64,000 nt of DNA from Sideroxydans sp. (GCA_041653255.1 JBAZFV010000001.1:255-64254); one strand, 5' to 3'. Positions 1 to 9,152 are shown, numbered from the stretch's first letter. The notes: generated by a model not told the origin, from the letters alone. Made by a program: numbers and translations.

Positions 1-8
1 CCTCTCAT

Positions 9-1865
9 TCAATTTGCTTCATCAATGTCCGAGACCGCCAGCCGGCGCATGGTTGGACGCTGCTTGTCGTGGTGGCCGCTCATGCGTTGCAGCACACCGC
101 GCAGAAAACCCACAGTTTCGACGATATACGGCCCTTTGTTCAGCATCACGCATTCTGCGCGGATCGACAGCGCCGCATCGGATACTTCAGCGCGCGAAGG
201 GATGCCGCGCTTGGCCATAGTTTCCAGCACTTGTGTTGCCCAGATAACCGGGACATGCGCCGCCTCGCACAGGCAGAGTATCTCCTCCTGCACTTCAGAC
301 AGGCGTTCAAATCCGATTTCAACCGCGAGATCACCGCGCGCCAGCATGATGCCCAGTCCGGTGTACTGCATTCCAGCCAGCAGGATGTGTGGCAGATTTT
401 CGAATCCCCGACGCGTCTCGATTTTCAGCACACATCCAAGGTGCGCGGCCTTTGCAGCCTGCAATTGCCGGTGCAGCGCGCGCACATCTTCAGCCTGACG
501 CACAAAGGAGAGACCGACAATATCGATATGAGCTGCCAGTGCGTTCAGATTGGCGATATCGTCCACGGTCAATGCCGGCACCTTAAGATCGGTATCCGGC
601 AGATTGATGCCCTTCTCCGGCCACAGCTTGCTGCCGCGTGGCGCAGCATGCGTGATCTCAACCCCGATGCATGCCGGCTCGACCGACCTGACAATGCCGC
701 CGATCTTGCCATCGTCGAACCAGATCGCATGCTCCACTTTGACCGCATCGAACACGGCATCCAGTGAACAGGGAATGCGCGCCGGCTGTAGACAGCGCCC
801 TTCATCGTCACAGACAGCCAGTTCGCCCGTCTGGTCACTGCGCACGAGATGCAGCAGGTCCCCCTGATGAAGCAGGATTGGCAGACGGATTTCCGGCAGT
901 TCGCCCGGCGCGCCTTCGGCGATCAGATTCTCCTGACGATAGAGTTTGCAGCGCGCGTTCTGATCGATGAAGGCATGCTGATGGCACTTGGCGAGCCAGG
1001 AATCCCCATATCGTTCATGCACGATGAGATGCCGGCGCGAGCCGCGCGTGTCGTCCACATCCAGCGTGTCGCGCGCGTGCACCTGTGCCAGCAGCTCATC
1101 TGCGATGGGCAGCACGGCATCGACCGCCAGTGTCGGCGTCTCCGGCCTCCCGGCCGGGGTCAACCAGACCAGTGCTGGCGCAGCCTCACGCCCCCAGGCA
1201 TCCCGTCTGACCTTGAACTCAAGCAAACGGCCGGACGCACTGATTTCCCCCGTGCGTAATTTCGGCCCCGCCAGATCCGCATACACCTTGCATGACTTGC
1301 CGAGCACCTTTCCGGCACTGTGCAGATGGGCGATCATCGCCAGCCAGGCGGCGGCATCATCATGCGCGCAGTTGATACGCATCACCTTCATGCCCGCCGC
1401 CAGCAGGCCATACACCAATTGCGGATCATTCGCCGCCTCACCCGGCATAGTCACCATGATGCGGGTCGGGAATGGATCGGCGGTCGCGCCAAATAATGCC
1501 TGAGTGTGTTCCCCCAGCAGGGTACAGCCTTGTGCCAGAACAGAATGTGCGGGCTCGTCTTCCGGATAAGGCAGGCCGGCAAGCGCATGCAGGGCGTTCG
1601 CCACTGCATTGAGACTGCCGAGGGTATGGGCTTCGGCACGCCCGAGCCGGCTCAAGCCAAGTTCGGCCAATTCCAGTTGCAGCTCGCGAATGTCGTGTTG
1701 GCGCAAAGCCAGATAATGCAGCAGATTACAGGCGCTTTCCTGATAGGTGTGCACACTGGATGAAACCAATTCTTCATGCTGCGCGGCGAACGCGAACACA
1801 TCCTGACGCAGCTTATCCAATGCCGGGATGAGATAACGGGAGATTCTTTCGCGGCTTGGCTTCAT
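9..1865 (-). CDS. pyk: Pyruvate kinase (long form, expanded B region, no C-terminal regulatory domain)
   Basis: Motifs RIMVT, RINCAH, DLAGPKLRTG, KGINLP, KIET, ARGDL, ATQVLE, RAEVSD. Start placed at ATG 1865 (ORF is open to 1946). Confidence 0.85.
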   Translation of the reverse strand: MKPSRERISRYLIPALDKLRQDVFAFAAQHEELVSSSVHTYQESACNLLHYLALRQHDIRELQLELAELGLSRLGRAEAHTLGSLNAVANALHALAGLPYPEDEPAHSVLAQGCTLLGEHTQALFGATADPFPTRIMVTMPGEAANDPQLVYGLLAAGMKVMRINCAHDDAAAWLAMIAHLHSAGKVLGKSCKVYADLAGPKLRTGEISASGRLLEFKVRRDAWGREAAPALVWLTPAGRPETPTLAVDAVLPIADELLAQVHARDTLDVDDTRGSRRHLIVHERYGDSWLAKCHQHAFIDQNARCKLYRQENLIAEGAPGELPEIRLPILLHQGDLLHLVRSDQTGELAVCDDEGRCLQPARIPCSLDAVFDAVKVEHAIWFDDGKIGGIVRSVEPACIGVEITHAAPRGSKLWPEKGINLPDTDLKVPALTVDDIANLNALAAHIDIVGLSFVRQAEDVRALHRQLQAAKAAHLGCVLKIETRRGFENLPHILLAGMQYTGLGIMLARGDLAVEIGFERLSEVQEEILCLCEAAHVPVIWATQVLETMAKRGIPSRAEVSDAALSIRAECVMLNKGPYIVETVGFLRGVLQRMSGHHDKQRPTMRRLAVSDIDEAN

Positions 1866-1939
1866 AATGGGGCATGTGACCTGTGATTGTTTATTGCAAG
1901 TCTGCCGAATAATTGTGACACGAAGATTGCACTCCCGAA

Positions 1940-2677
1940 ATGCCATTAGAACAAATACGTCTCTCCAAACTCATGTCCGCACAGGGACTCTGCTCGCGCC
2001 GCGAAGCGGATGATTACATCGCCAAAGGCTGGGTGAAAGTGGACGGCGTGACCGTCAGCGAACTCGGCAGCAAGATATTGCCGACGCAGAAGATCACGCT
2101 GGAGCGAGCCGCACAGGCCAAACAGGCAGGGCGCGTCACCATCCTGCTGCACAAGCCGGTGGGCTATGTGTCGGGGCAGGCGGAGCAGGGTTACAAACCC
2201 GCTATTCTGCTGATCGATGGATCCACGCGTTGGGAGCAGGATGCCACGCCACTGCGCTTCCATCGCAGCCAGTTCCTCAACCTCGCTCCCGCCGGACGCC
2301 TCGACATCGACTCGACCGGACTGCTGGTGCTGACCCAGGACGGGCGCATCGCCAAACAGCTTGTCGGTGAGGATTCGCCGATTGAAAAAGAATATCTGGT
2401 GCGCGTACAGGGCACGTTAGTCGGCAATGGCATGGCGCTGCTCAATCACGGCCTGACGCTGGACGGAAAGAAACTCAAACCGGCCAAAGTGAGCTGGCAA
2501 AATGATGACCAGCTGCGCTTCATCCTGCAGGAAGGGAAGAAACGCCAGATCCGCCGCATGTGCGAGATGGTGGGGTTGAGAGTCAGCGCATTGAAACGCG
2601 TGCGCATCGGGAAAGTCAGGCTGGGCGAGTTGCCGCAGGGGCAGTGGCGCTATCTGCGCGAGGATGAAACATTTTAG
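1940..2677 (+). CDS. RsuA/RluF-family rRNA pseudouridine synthase
   Basis: S4 domain (RLSKLM..CSRREAD), HKPVGY, GRLDIDSTGLL, EGKKRQIRRM. Confidence 0.9.
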   Translation: MPLEQIRLSKLMSAQGLCSRREADDYIAKGWVKVDGVTVSELGSKILPTQKITLERAAQAKQAGRVTILLHKPVGYVSGQAEQGYKPAILLIDGSTRWEQDATPLRFHRSQFLNLAPAGRLDIDSTGLLVLTQDGRIAKQLVGEDSPIEKEYLVRVQGTLVGNGMALLNHGLTLDGKKLKPAKVSWQNDDQLRFILQEGKKRQIRRMCEMVGLRVSALKRVRIGKVRLGELPQGQWRYLREDETF

Positions 2678-2706
2678 GCGGGGGATACAAGCACCATGAG
2701 CCGATC

Positions 2707-3564
2707 ATGATCTCCCACCTGTCCGCCTTGCTGGTTCTAATCGGCCTGATCATTCATATGGCAACGCTCGCCCCGCTGCGCAGACTGATCGCGCTGCTCC
2801 CCGCCGGAACACTGCGCACCAAATGGTTTGCCATGAGCGGTCTGATTTTTATCTTCATCGCGGGTTACCTCGGCTACATCGTGGTGCTTTGGGGCAAACA
2901 GACCGGATGGCACGAACTCCCCATTCCCGGCATATTTCTTCTTGGCGCAATATTTGTGCGGCTGACGATTGGGCTCTCGCTGCAAACCGCTATTGATCTG
3001 CGGCGCATCGATTTACTTGAATCCGAGAACATCACCGATCAGCTGACACAGGTATATAACCGCCGCTATCTGGATCGCCGCCTTGAAGAAGAAGTCGCAC
3101 GATCATCCAGATATGCGCTCGACCTTTCCGTTCTGCTGCTCGACATCGATCATTTCAAGCAGGTCAATGACACTTATGGTCACCAGACCGGCGACGCCAC
3201 CTTGAGTGCATTGGGTGGTCTGATAAAGTCCTCGCTGCGTAATCTGGATGTTGTCGCGCGCTATGGCGGAGAAGAATTTCTGGTGATTTGTACCAATACC
3301 GCCATCGATGGCGCTGCCCTGGTGGCAGAGAATCTGCGCCATCTGATTGAGTCACACCCGATCGAGATTGCGGATACCTCAGGCGCAATTCGAACCATTC
3401 AGGTCAACATCAGCATTGGCGTGGCAGGATTGAGTGCAAGTATCGACAGCAAAGAAAAACTGATTCAAGCCGCAGACCGCGCACTGTATCAGGCAAAAGA
3501 ACAAGGCAGGAATCGCGTCATCGTTGCCACGACTGAAGTCATGGAATCCGTGAAACCTTTATAG
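2707..3564 (+). CDS. Membrane-anchored diguanylate cyclase
   Basis: N-terminal hydrophobic helices; DQLT..NRR, DIDHFKQVND, RxxD I-site (RNLD) and GGEEF. Confidence 0.9.
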   Translation: MISHLSALLVLIGLIIHMATLAPLRRLIALLPAGTLRTKWFAMSGLIFIFIAGYLGYIVVLWGKQTGWHELPIPGIFLLGAIFVRLTIGLSLQTAIDLRRIDLLESENITDQLTQVYNRRYLDRRLEEEVARSSRYALDLSVLLLDIDHFKQVNDTYGHQTGDATLSALGGLIKSSLRNLDVVARYGGEEFLVICTNTAIDGAALVAENLRHLIESHPIEIADTSGAIRTIQVNISIGVAGLSASIDSKEKLIQAADRALYQAKEQGRNRVIVATTEVMESVKPL

Positions 3565-3614
3565 TCAAACACCAGCTTCCTCACCTGCCGCCTTGTCTTG
3601 GCCGGACTGTCGCT

Positions 3615-4475
3615 TCAATGTTCCGCTTCTCCGCCGGGCACCGGCGCGTGCTCCACCAACAGCGAATACAGCCTGCGGCTATCGGCACGCATTACTGTGA
3701 ATTTACATTCGCCTAGTTGGAAATGCTCGCCGCGCTTGGGGAGCTGACCAGCTGCCTTGAGCACGAGGCCGCCGACAGTATCGTAGTCATCGTCGCTGAA
3801 CGCCGTGCCCAGAATCGTATTGAAGTCAACAATCTCGGTATCGGCCTTGACGCGCCAGTGCGTATCGTCCTGGCGGATGATGTTGTCTTCGTCCTCGTCA
3901 AAATCGAATTCATCGGCGATATCGCCAACGATCTGTTCCAGCACATCCTCGATCGTCACCATGCCGCAAACACCGCCGTATTCATCCACCACCAGCGCGA
4001 GATGATTGTGGTTACTGCGAAAATCGCGCAGCAGCACATTGAGTCGTTTTGATTCTGGAACAAACACAGCTGGACGCAGCATATCGCGCACATCGAATTC
4101 TTCACCCGCGTAGTGGCGCAACAGGTCTTTCGCCAGCAGGATGCCAATGATGTTGTCCTTGTCGCCATCGGCGACAGGGAAACGCGAGTGTGCGGTCTCG
4201 ATAACGAACGGAACGAATTGCTCCAGTGGCTGACTGATGTCGATGACATCCATCTGCGCGCGCGGAATCATGATATCGCGCACTTTGGTCTCGGAAACCG
4301 AGATCACACCTTCCATCATGGAAAGCGCATCAGCATCGAGCAGATTGCGCTGATAGGCGTTGTACAGCAGCGCGATGAGCTGTTCGCGATCCTCCGGCTC
4401 CCGCAACAACATCGTGGAAAGCCGTTCCAACAAGGTGGGTTTATTGCCGTTACTGCTACTGTCTGAACCGTCCAT
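3615..4475 (-). CDS. corC: CorC/HlyC CBS-domain Mg/Co transport protein
   Basis: [36 protein letters not shown]; follows ybeY. Confidence 0.9.
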   Translation of the reverse strand: MDGSDSSSNGNKPTLLERLSTMLLREPEDREQLIALLYNAYQRNLLDADALSMMEGVISVSETKVRDIMIPRAQMDVIDISQPLEQFVPFVIETAHSRFPVADGDKDNIIGILLAKDLLRHYAGEEFDVRDMLRPAVFVPESKRLNVLLRDFRSNHNHLALVVDEYGGVCGMVTIEDVLEQIVGDIADEFDFDEDEDNIIRQDDTHWRVKADTEIVDFNTILGTAFSDDDYDTVGGLVLKAAGQLPKRGEHFQLGECKFTVMRADSRRLYSLLVEHAPVPGGEAEH

Positions 4476-4484
4476 TACCTAACA

Positions 4485-4940
4485 TCAACTAACAAGATAA
4501 GGCGCAGGATACCGTAATTTTAGAAGCAACGCAGTCTCGCGCGCTTCCATCCGCCCTGCCTCGCGCTGCTTCTGGTGGTCATAGCCCTGCAGATGCAGCG
4601 TTGCGTGCAGGGTGAGATGCGCATAATGCGCGAGCAAATCCTTGCCATGCTCCTTCGCCTCGCGCGCCACCACCGGCGCACAGATCACCACGTCTCCGTA
4701 CAGTGTGCAGTCCGGCATATCGTCATAAACGAAAGTCAGCACATTGGTTGAGTAATCCTTGCCGCGATAGGCCAGGTTCAGCGCGTGCCCCTCGATCTCA
4801 TCCACGATGCGCAAGACCATCTGCACGTCACGCTCCAGTGCGATCTTTACCCAGCGCCGAAATTGTTGCCGCGTCGGCATTTCTTTCGCGGTGCTGGCGT
4901 ATTGCACCGACAGCGAAAGTTTATGCGCGTCAGTCATCAT
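4485..4940 (-). CDS. ybeY: rRNA maturation endoribonuclease YbeY
   Basis: LN..YRGKDYSTNVLTF and HATLHLQGYDH; start at ATG 4940 or 4937. Confidence 0.9.
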   Translation of the reverse strand: MMTDAHKLSLSVQYASTAKEMPTRQQFRRWVKIALERDVQMVLRIVDEIEGHALNLAYRGKDYSTNVLTFVYDDMPDCTLYGDVVICAPVVAREAKEHGKDLLAHYAHLTLHATLHLQGYDHQKQREAGRMEARETALLLKLRYPAPYLVS

Positions 4941-5883
4941 TTTTATGGTCGACCTTCTCGTAGGCGGAAACAATCTTCTGCACCAGCGGATGGCGCACCA
5001 CGTCCTCTGCCATAAATTGCTGGAAGGCGATGCCGCGTACATCCTTGAGCACGACACGCGCATCGTTGAGTCCACTCTTCTGCCCGCGCGCCAGGTCGAT
5101 CTGGGTTACATCGCCGGTGATGACCGCCTTGCTGCCGAAACCGATGCGAGTGAGAAACATTTTCATCTGTTCCGGCGTGGTGTTCTGCGCCTCGTCCAGG
5201 ATGATGAAAGCGTGGTTCAGCGTGCGCCCGCGCATATACGCCAGTGGCGCAATCTCGATCGCGCCGCGCTCGAATGCCTTGGCCACTTTTTCCAGCCCCA
5301 TCAGATCGTAAAGCGCATCGTACAAGGGACGCAGATAGGGGTCGACCTTTTGCGCCAGATCACCGGGCAGAAATCCGAGACGCTCGCCCGCCTCCACTGC
5401 CGGACGTACCAGCACCAGGCGCTTCACGTTCTCGCGTTGCAGTGCATCGACCGCCGAGGCAACCGCAAGATAGGTTTTGCCGGTTCCGGCCGGACCGATA
5501 CCGAAGGTGATATCGTGTTGCTGGATGGCTTGCAGATATTCATTCTGGCGCACCGTCCTTCCGCGCACCTCGGCTTTGCGCGTCATCAGTAGCGGCACAG
5601 ATTCACTGCCCGCATCATGCAGGTCGCGCTTCATCGATTCGATCAGACCGAGTTGCAAACGCTCCAGCGTGATGTCGTGTTTCGCTTCCAGATAGAATCG
5701 CTCCAGCACGGCACGTGCCAGCCCGGCCTGCTCGCCAGAAATGGTGAAATGTTCGCCGCGATGGGAGATGTTCACCTCCAGCGCGGTTTCAATCTGACGC
5801 AGGTTCTCATCAAATGCGCCGCACAGATTGGCCATGCGTTCATTGTCCACCGGTTCGAAAGAAAGATGCTCACTGCCACTCAT
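4930..5883 (-). CDS. phoH: PhoH-family ATPase
   Basis: GPAGTGKT, RPAVEAGERLGFLPGD, YMRGRTL, DEAQN. Confidence 0.95.
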   Translation of the reverse strand: MSGSEHLSFEPVDNERMANLCGAFDENLRQIETALEVNISHRGEHFTISGEQAGLARAVLERFYLEAKHDITLERLQLGLIESMKRDLHDAGSESVPLLMTRKAEVRGRTVRQNEYLQAIQQHDITFGIGPAGTGKTYLAVASAVDALQRENVKRLVLVRPAVEAGERLGFLPGDLAQKVDPYLRPLYDALYDLMGLEKVAKAFERGAIEIAPLAYMRGRTLNHAFIILDEAQNTTPEQMKMFLTRIGFGSKAVITGDVTQIDLARGQKSGLNDARVVLKDVRGIAFQQFMAEDVVRHPLVQKIVSAYEKVDHKNDD

Positions 5884-5885
5884 CG

Positions 5886-7211
5886 TTACGCCTCCACTTC
5901 GCCGCGCAGGGTATGCATGGTCCCGGACAGAATTCGTACATCCACATAGCGCCCCAACATGCCCGGGGATCCTGCAAAATTCACCACCCGATTGTTTTCA
6001 GTGCGTCCCGCCATCTCCTGTTCGCTCTTGCGCGAAATATTCTCCACCAGCACACGCTGCACTGTCCCTGCCATCGCATTGCTGACTTGCTGCTCCAGCT
6101 CGGCGATACGCGCTTGCACCCGATGCAAACGCGCCAGTTTGGTTTCGTGAGGTGTTTCGTCTGCCATCTCGGCAGCCGGTGTACCGGGGCGCGGACTGAA
6201 GAGGAAGCTGAAACTGGCATCGAATCCAACTTCGTCGATGAGCTTCATCGTCGCCTCGAAATCAGCATCTGTCTCACCGGGAAAGCCGATGATGAAATCT
6301 GAAGTGATCGAGATATCCGGCCTTGCGGCGCGCAACTTGCGCACGATGGATTTGTATTCCAGCGCGGTGTAGCCGCGCTTCATCGCCGCCAGAATACGAT
6401 CAGAACCCGATTGCACCGGCAAATGCAGATGGCCGGCCAACTTGGGCGTGGCGGCATACAGATCGATCAAGCGCTGCGACATCTCGCGCGGATGCGAAGT
6501 GGTATAGCGCAAACGTTGCACCAGAGGCTTTGCAGCGACGGCCTGCAAAAGGAAGGCGAAATCGACGGTATCGCCATCTTCGGTCTCGCCCTGATAGGCA
6601 TTCACATTCTGCCCGAGCAGAGTGATCTCGCTCACACCCTGCGCCGCCAACCCGTCCACTTCACGCATCACATCGGCAAATGGACGCGAAACCTCCTCGC
6701 CACGCGTATATGGCACCACGCAGAAAGTGCAGTACTTGCTGCACCCTTCCATGATGGAGACAAACGCCGTGCCATGCGTGGTCTGCGCGGCAGGCAAGTG
6801 GTCGAATTTCTCGATCTCGGGGAAACTGATATCGACCTGCGACCTACCGCTTGCACGCCGTGCTGCAATCAGTTGCGGCAAGCGATGCAGCGTCTGCGGG
6901 CCAAACACCATATCCACGTAGGGCGCGCGCTTGATGATCGCCTCGCCCTCCTGGCTGGCCACACAACCGCCGACACCGATCAGCAGGTTCGGGTTGTGTT
7001 GCTTCAACGCGCGCACACGCCCTAGGTCAGAAAAAACCTTTTCTTCCGCCTTCTCACGGATCGAACAGGTGTTGAACAGGATGATATCCGCCTCTTCCGG
7101 ACGGTCGGTTTGCGTCATATCCTCACAGGCATGGAGCACATCGGCCATCTTGTCCGAGTCGTACTCGTTCATCTGGCAGCCGTAGGTCTTGATGTAAAGC
7201 TTGCTAGTCAT
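5886..7211 (-). CDS. miaB: tRNA ms2i6A37 methylthiotransferase MiaB
   Basis: [11 protein letters not shown], radical SAM CxxxCxxC (GCSKYCTFC), C-terminal TRAM domain. Confidence 0.97.
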   Translation of the reverse strand: MTSKLYIKTYGCQMNEYDSDKMADVLHACEDMTQTDRPEEADIILFNTCSIREKAEEKVFSDLGRVRALKQHNPNLLIGVGGCVASQEGEAIIKRAPYVDMVFGPQTLHRLPQLIAARRASGRSQVDISFPEIEKFDHLPAAQTTHGTAFVSIMEGCSKYCTFCVVPYTRGEEVSRPFADVMREVDGLAAQGVSEITLLGQNVNAYQGETEDGDTVDFAFLLQAVAAKPLVQRLRYTTSHPREMSQRLIDLYAATPKLAGHLHLPVQSGSDRILAAMKRGYTALEYKSIVRKLRAARPDISITSDFIIGFPGETDADFEATMKLIDEVGFDASFSFLFSPRPGTPAAEMADETPHETKLARLHRVQARIAELEQQVSNAMAGTVQRVLVENISRKSEQEMAGRTENNRVVNFAGSPGMLGRYVDVRILSGTMHTLRGEVEA

Positions 7212-7427
7212 GCTGTCTTCCGTTCTGGTTAATTCTGTTTGGGTGGGGAAAACCCTGAAAAACTGAATATTTCAAGCTTCCTCACACCTATAGCCATGCC
7301 CGCCCGAGGTGGTCCGGCGCAGGGCATATTACATAAAAAAGTGTCCGCTCAAAGAAATCCCAAGTAAGCCTTTGGTTTTACTGCCGGGACAGATCCTGCT
7401 TTGAATACAAATCCAGGCACAAAGAAT

Positions 7428-7455
7428 TTGCCTGCCCGATTGTTTGTGCTAGGAT
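7428..7455 (+). promoter_or_regulatory. Putative sigma70 promoter for the small ORF
   Basis: TTGCCT (7428-33), 16 nt, TAGGAT (7450-55) with extended -10 TGn. Confidence 0.5.
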
Positions 7456-7513
7456 TGCACCCGATTCTTTTGATAGTCGTTTGTTCAACCTAAGTCTCTG
7501 GAGGAGAAGCATT

Positions 7514-7606
7514 ATGGCCTTTATTACTGACGTGGCTTCCATCGGAACCGCTATCGCATCCGTCGTTTTTGCGGTATGGATGATTAAACAGTTGTTCGCT
7601 GATTAA
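7514..7606 (+). CDS. 30-aa hydrophobic small protein (MAFITDVASIGTAIASVVFAVWMIKQLFAD)
   Basis: GAGGAG at 7501-06, ATG 7514, TAA 7604-06; one hydrophobic helix; terminator follows. Confidence 0.7.
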   Translation: MAFITDVASIGTAIASVVFAVWMIKQLFAD

Positions 7607-7634
7607 GATCGGCCAACAACCGCTGCTCCAAAAC

Positions 7635-7663
7635 AAAACTCCAGCCTCGGCTGGAGTTTTTTT
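7635..7663. terminator. Bidirectional intrinsic terminator
   Basis: AAAACTCCAGCC-TC-GGCTGGAGTTTTTTT. Confidence 0.85.
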
Positions 7664-7666
7664 ATT

Positions 7667-7687
7667 TGGTGGATAGGTGACCTTGAA
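7667..7687 (-). repeat. Degenerate copy of the tRNA-Met 3' end (att-like)
   Basis: tggtgg--ataggtgaccttgaa versus tRNA tggtggtgataggtggatttgaa (from 9003). Confidence 0.6.
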
Positions 7688-7996
7688 TAATTTTCCGAGC
7701 AGCTTGATTTGATTAAATTAAATCTATCGTAAAGTCACCAGTTGCCCCCAAATCGCAATTCAAACGAACACGCACTTGAACCATAAACCGCCAACTCGTA
7801 CAGCGTGGGAATTATACAATTTTCAGGAAGCAAAATCGACCCATGATCGAGACACTCTCTAACACGTAATGGGCGCCGGACTACCGCAACAACCTCAAGT
7901 ATCACTACGAATTAACATTCCATTTTTCAAATTCTTTTGGCAACACCATTTTCATTTGCCTGCATTGGCGCTTGACTAAAGAAATACCAAATGGCC

Positions 7997-8024
7997 TAAT
8001 CGACTCCATAATATGAGCCGATTA
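7997..8024. promoter_or_regulatory. Putative TA operator inverted repeat around a -10-like box
   Basis: TAATCGACTC-cataatat-GAGCCGATTA (9/10 match). Confidence 0.5.
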
Positions 8025-8036
8025 AGGAGCTATAAA

Positions 8037-8294
8037 ATGGCAATGGAAACGATACTGTCCGACTTGTCAGTCAGCATGACTGAATTTAAGAAGAACCCCA
8101 ATGAGGCTCTCAGAGAGTCGGGCGGACGCGCTGTAGCCGTGCTCAGCCACAATAAGCCCGCCTTTTATATGGTGCCGCCGGACCGTTACGAAGCCATGCT
8201 AGAAGAAATCGACGACCTGCATCTTGTGCGCGTAGCCAAAGAACGCCTAAAACAAAAAGATCGCGCCATCGAGGTAAAGCTGGATGACCTCTAG
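8037..8294 (+). CDS. Phd/YefM (StbD-like) antitoxin
   Basis: SMTEFKKNP, VAVLSHNKPAFYMVP; AAGGAG RBS; overlaps the toxin start. Confidence 0.9.
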   Translation: MAMETILSDLSVSMTEFKKNPNEALRESGGRAVAVLSHNKPAFYMVPPDRYEAMLEEIDDLHLVRVAKERLKQKDRAIEVKLDDL

Positions 8295-8607
8295 GCAGGC
8301 CGAACACAAACCCGCCACCAAATACCGCCTCAAATTCGTGCCTGATGCATGGCGAGAATGGCAGGCGCTGGACGGCTCAATCAAACAGGCACTCAAACCT
8401 CTGTTGGCAAAACGCCTGCAAAACCCGCATGTACCCGGCGCACTCCTGCACAGGGAATTAGCTGGTTGCTACAAAATAAAGTTGCTCAAGCAGGGATACC
8501 GCTTGGTTTACGTGATTGAGAACAACGAGCTGGTTGTGCTGGTGTTGTCCGTAGGCAAGCGCGAAAACAACGCCGCATATCTGACGGCAGCAAAACGCAT
8601 TAAATAA
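8284..8607 (+). CDS. RelE/StbE-family toxin
   Basis: AWREWQALD, CYKIKL..GYRLVY, VLSVGKRE. Confidence 0.9.
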   Translation: MTSRQAEHKPATKYRLKFVPDAWREWQALDGSIKQALKPLLAKRLQNPHVPGALLHRELAGCYKIKLLKQGYRLVYVIENNELVVLVLSVGKRENNAAYLTAAKRIK

Positions 8608-8684
8608 TCGATAGTTAACGAGTCTTTTTTCAGCAAGCCGAAGTAATTTATTCAGGTAATTTGCGCCGCATTTGGGGAGGGGTG

Positions 8685-8783
8685 TCAATTGACAATCAAA
8701 GTCAGACCATCACCGTCGCTAAGCCCATATTGTTTGTCACGTGGCCGTGTTGCTTGTACCGCCTTATCGTTCAACTTTCCCAT
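8685..8783 (-). pseudogene. N-terminal stub of a P4-like tyrosine integrase (arm-binding domain)
   Basis: MGKLNDKAVQATRPRDKQYGLSDGDGLTLIVN* with GGAG RBS; matches the typical L.D..i...kP.dK.Y.lsDG.GL.L.V start; next to the tRNA. Confidence 0.8.
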
Positions 8784-8806
8784 TTTGTCTCCAATCCATA
8801 TACCAG

Positions 8807-8856
8807 TACTCACAGACTAAAATAACCGGCGAGATTACTCACCCCGATACTCACAG
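8807..8856. repeat. Three TACTCAC direct repeats (integrase arm-type sites)
   Basis: TACTCACAG 8807, TACTCACCC 8836, TACTCACAG 8848. Confidence 0.6.
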
Positions 8857-8897
8857 CCGGATTGGACGCAGGCGAACAATTGAGAACTGTCCTGAAC

Positions 8898-8936
8898 AAA
8901 TACGAACAACTAAAAAATTTTTAGTTGTTCGTATTT
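8898..8936. repeat. Perfect 39-bp palindrome
   Basis: AAATACGAACAACTAAAAA-A-TTTTTAGTTGTTCGTATTT. Confidence 0.95.
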
Positions 8937-8961
8937 ATGAGACATTTTGTGATTTTTTGAC

Positions 8962-8995
8962 AATAAATAAAGCCAGCCTACGGGGGCTGACTTTT
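8962..8995 (-). terminator. Intrinsic terminator after tRNA-Met
   Basis: Minus strand AAAGTCAGCC-CCCGTA-GGCTGGCTTT-ATTTATT. Confidence 0.7.
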
Positions 8996-9002
8996 CATGA
9001 TT

Positions 9003-9079
9003 TGGTGGTGATAGGTGGATTTGAACCACCGACCCCAGCATTATGAGTGCTGTGCTCTAACCAACTGAGCTATATCACC
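9003..9079 (-). tRNA. tRNA-Met (CAT), elongator-type
   Basis: GGTGATATAGCTCAGTTGGTTAGAGCACAGCACTCATAATGCTGGGGTCGGTGGTTCAAATCCACCTATCACCACCA; cloverleaf with encoded CCA; arms resemble elongator Met more than Ile2. Confidence 0.93.
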
Positions 9080-9123
9080 AGAATTCTTCGAGCAGAAGGA
9101 TATCCGGCCAAAAAGAGGGCGGC

Positions 9124-9152
9124 ATTTTGCTGATTTAGGCGCTCCCTGTCAA
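9124..9152 (-). promoter_or_regulatory. sigma70 promoter of tRNA-Met
   Basis: TTGACA, 17 nt, CAAAAT, then a GC-rich discriminator. Confidence 0.7.

Larger units (their letters stand above)
7667..9025. mobile_element. Decayed tRNA-integrated island (TA module plus integrase stub)
   Basis: AT-richer segment bounded by the tRNA 3' end and its degenerate copy; integrase remnant and arm-type repeats inside. Confidence 0.65.

Noticed and set aside
7217-7270. Possible heptamer hairpin upstream of miaB
   Set aside because: Only two weak units per arm; not distinguishable from chance.
7704-7724. FNR-like TTGAT box
   Set aside because: Right half-site has two mismatches in AT-rich DNA and there is no linked promoter.
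8741-9046. 101-aa plus-strand ORF
   Set aside because: Runs antisense over the tRNA, the palindrome and the integrase stub; no recognisable motif.
9003-9079. tRNA-Ile2 (lysidine) identity
   Set aside because: D-loop and anticodon stem resemble elongator tRNA-Met more closely; not fully excluded without a model-based classifier.
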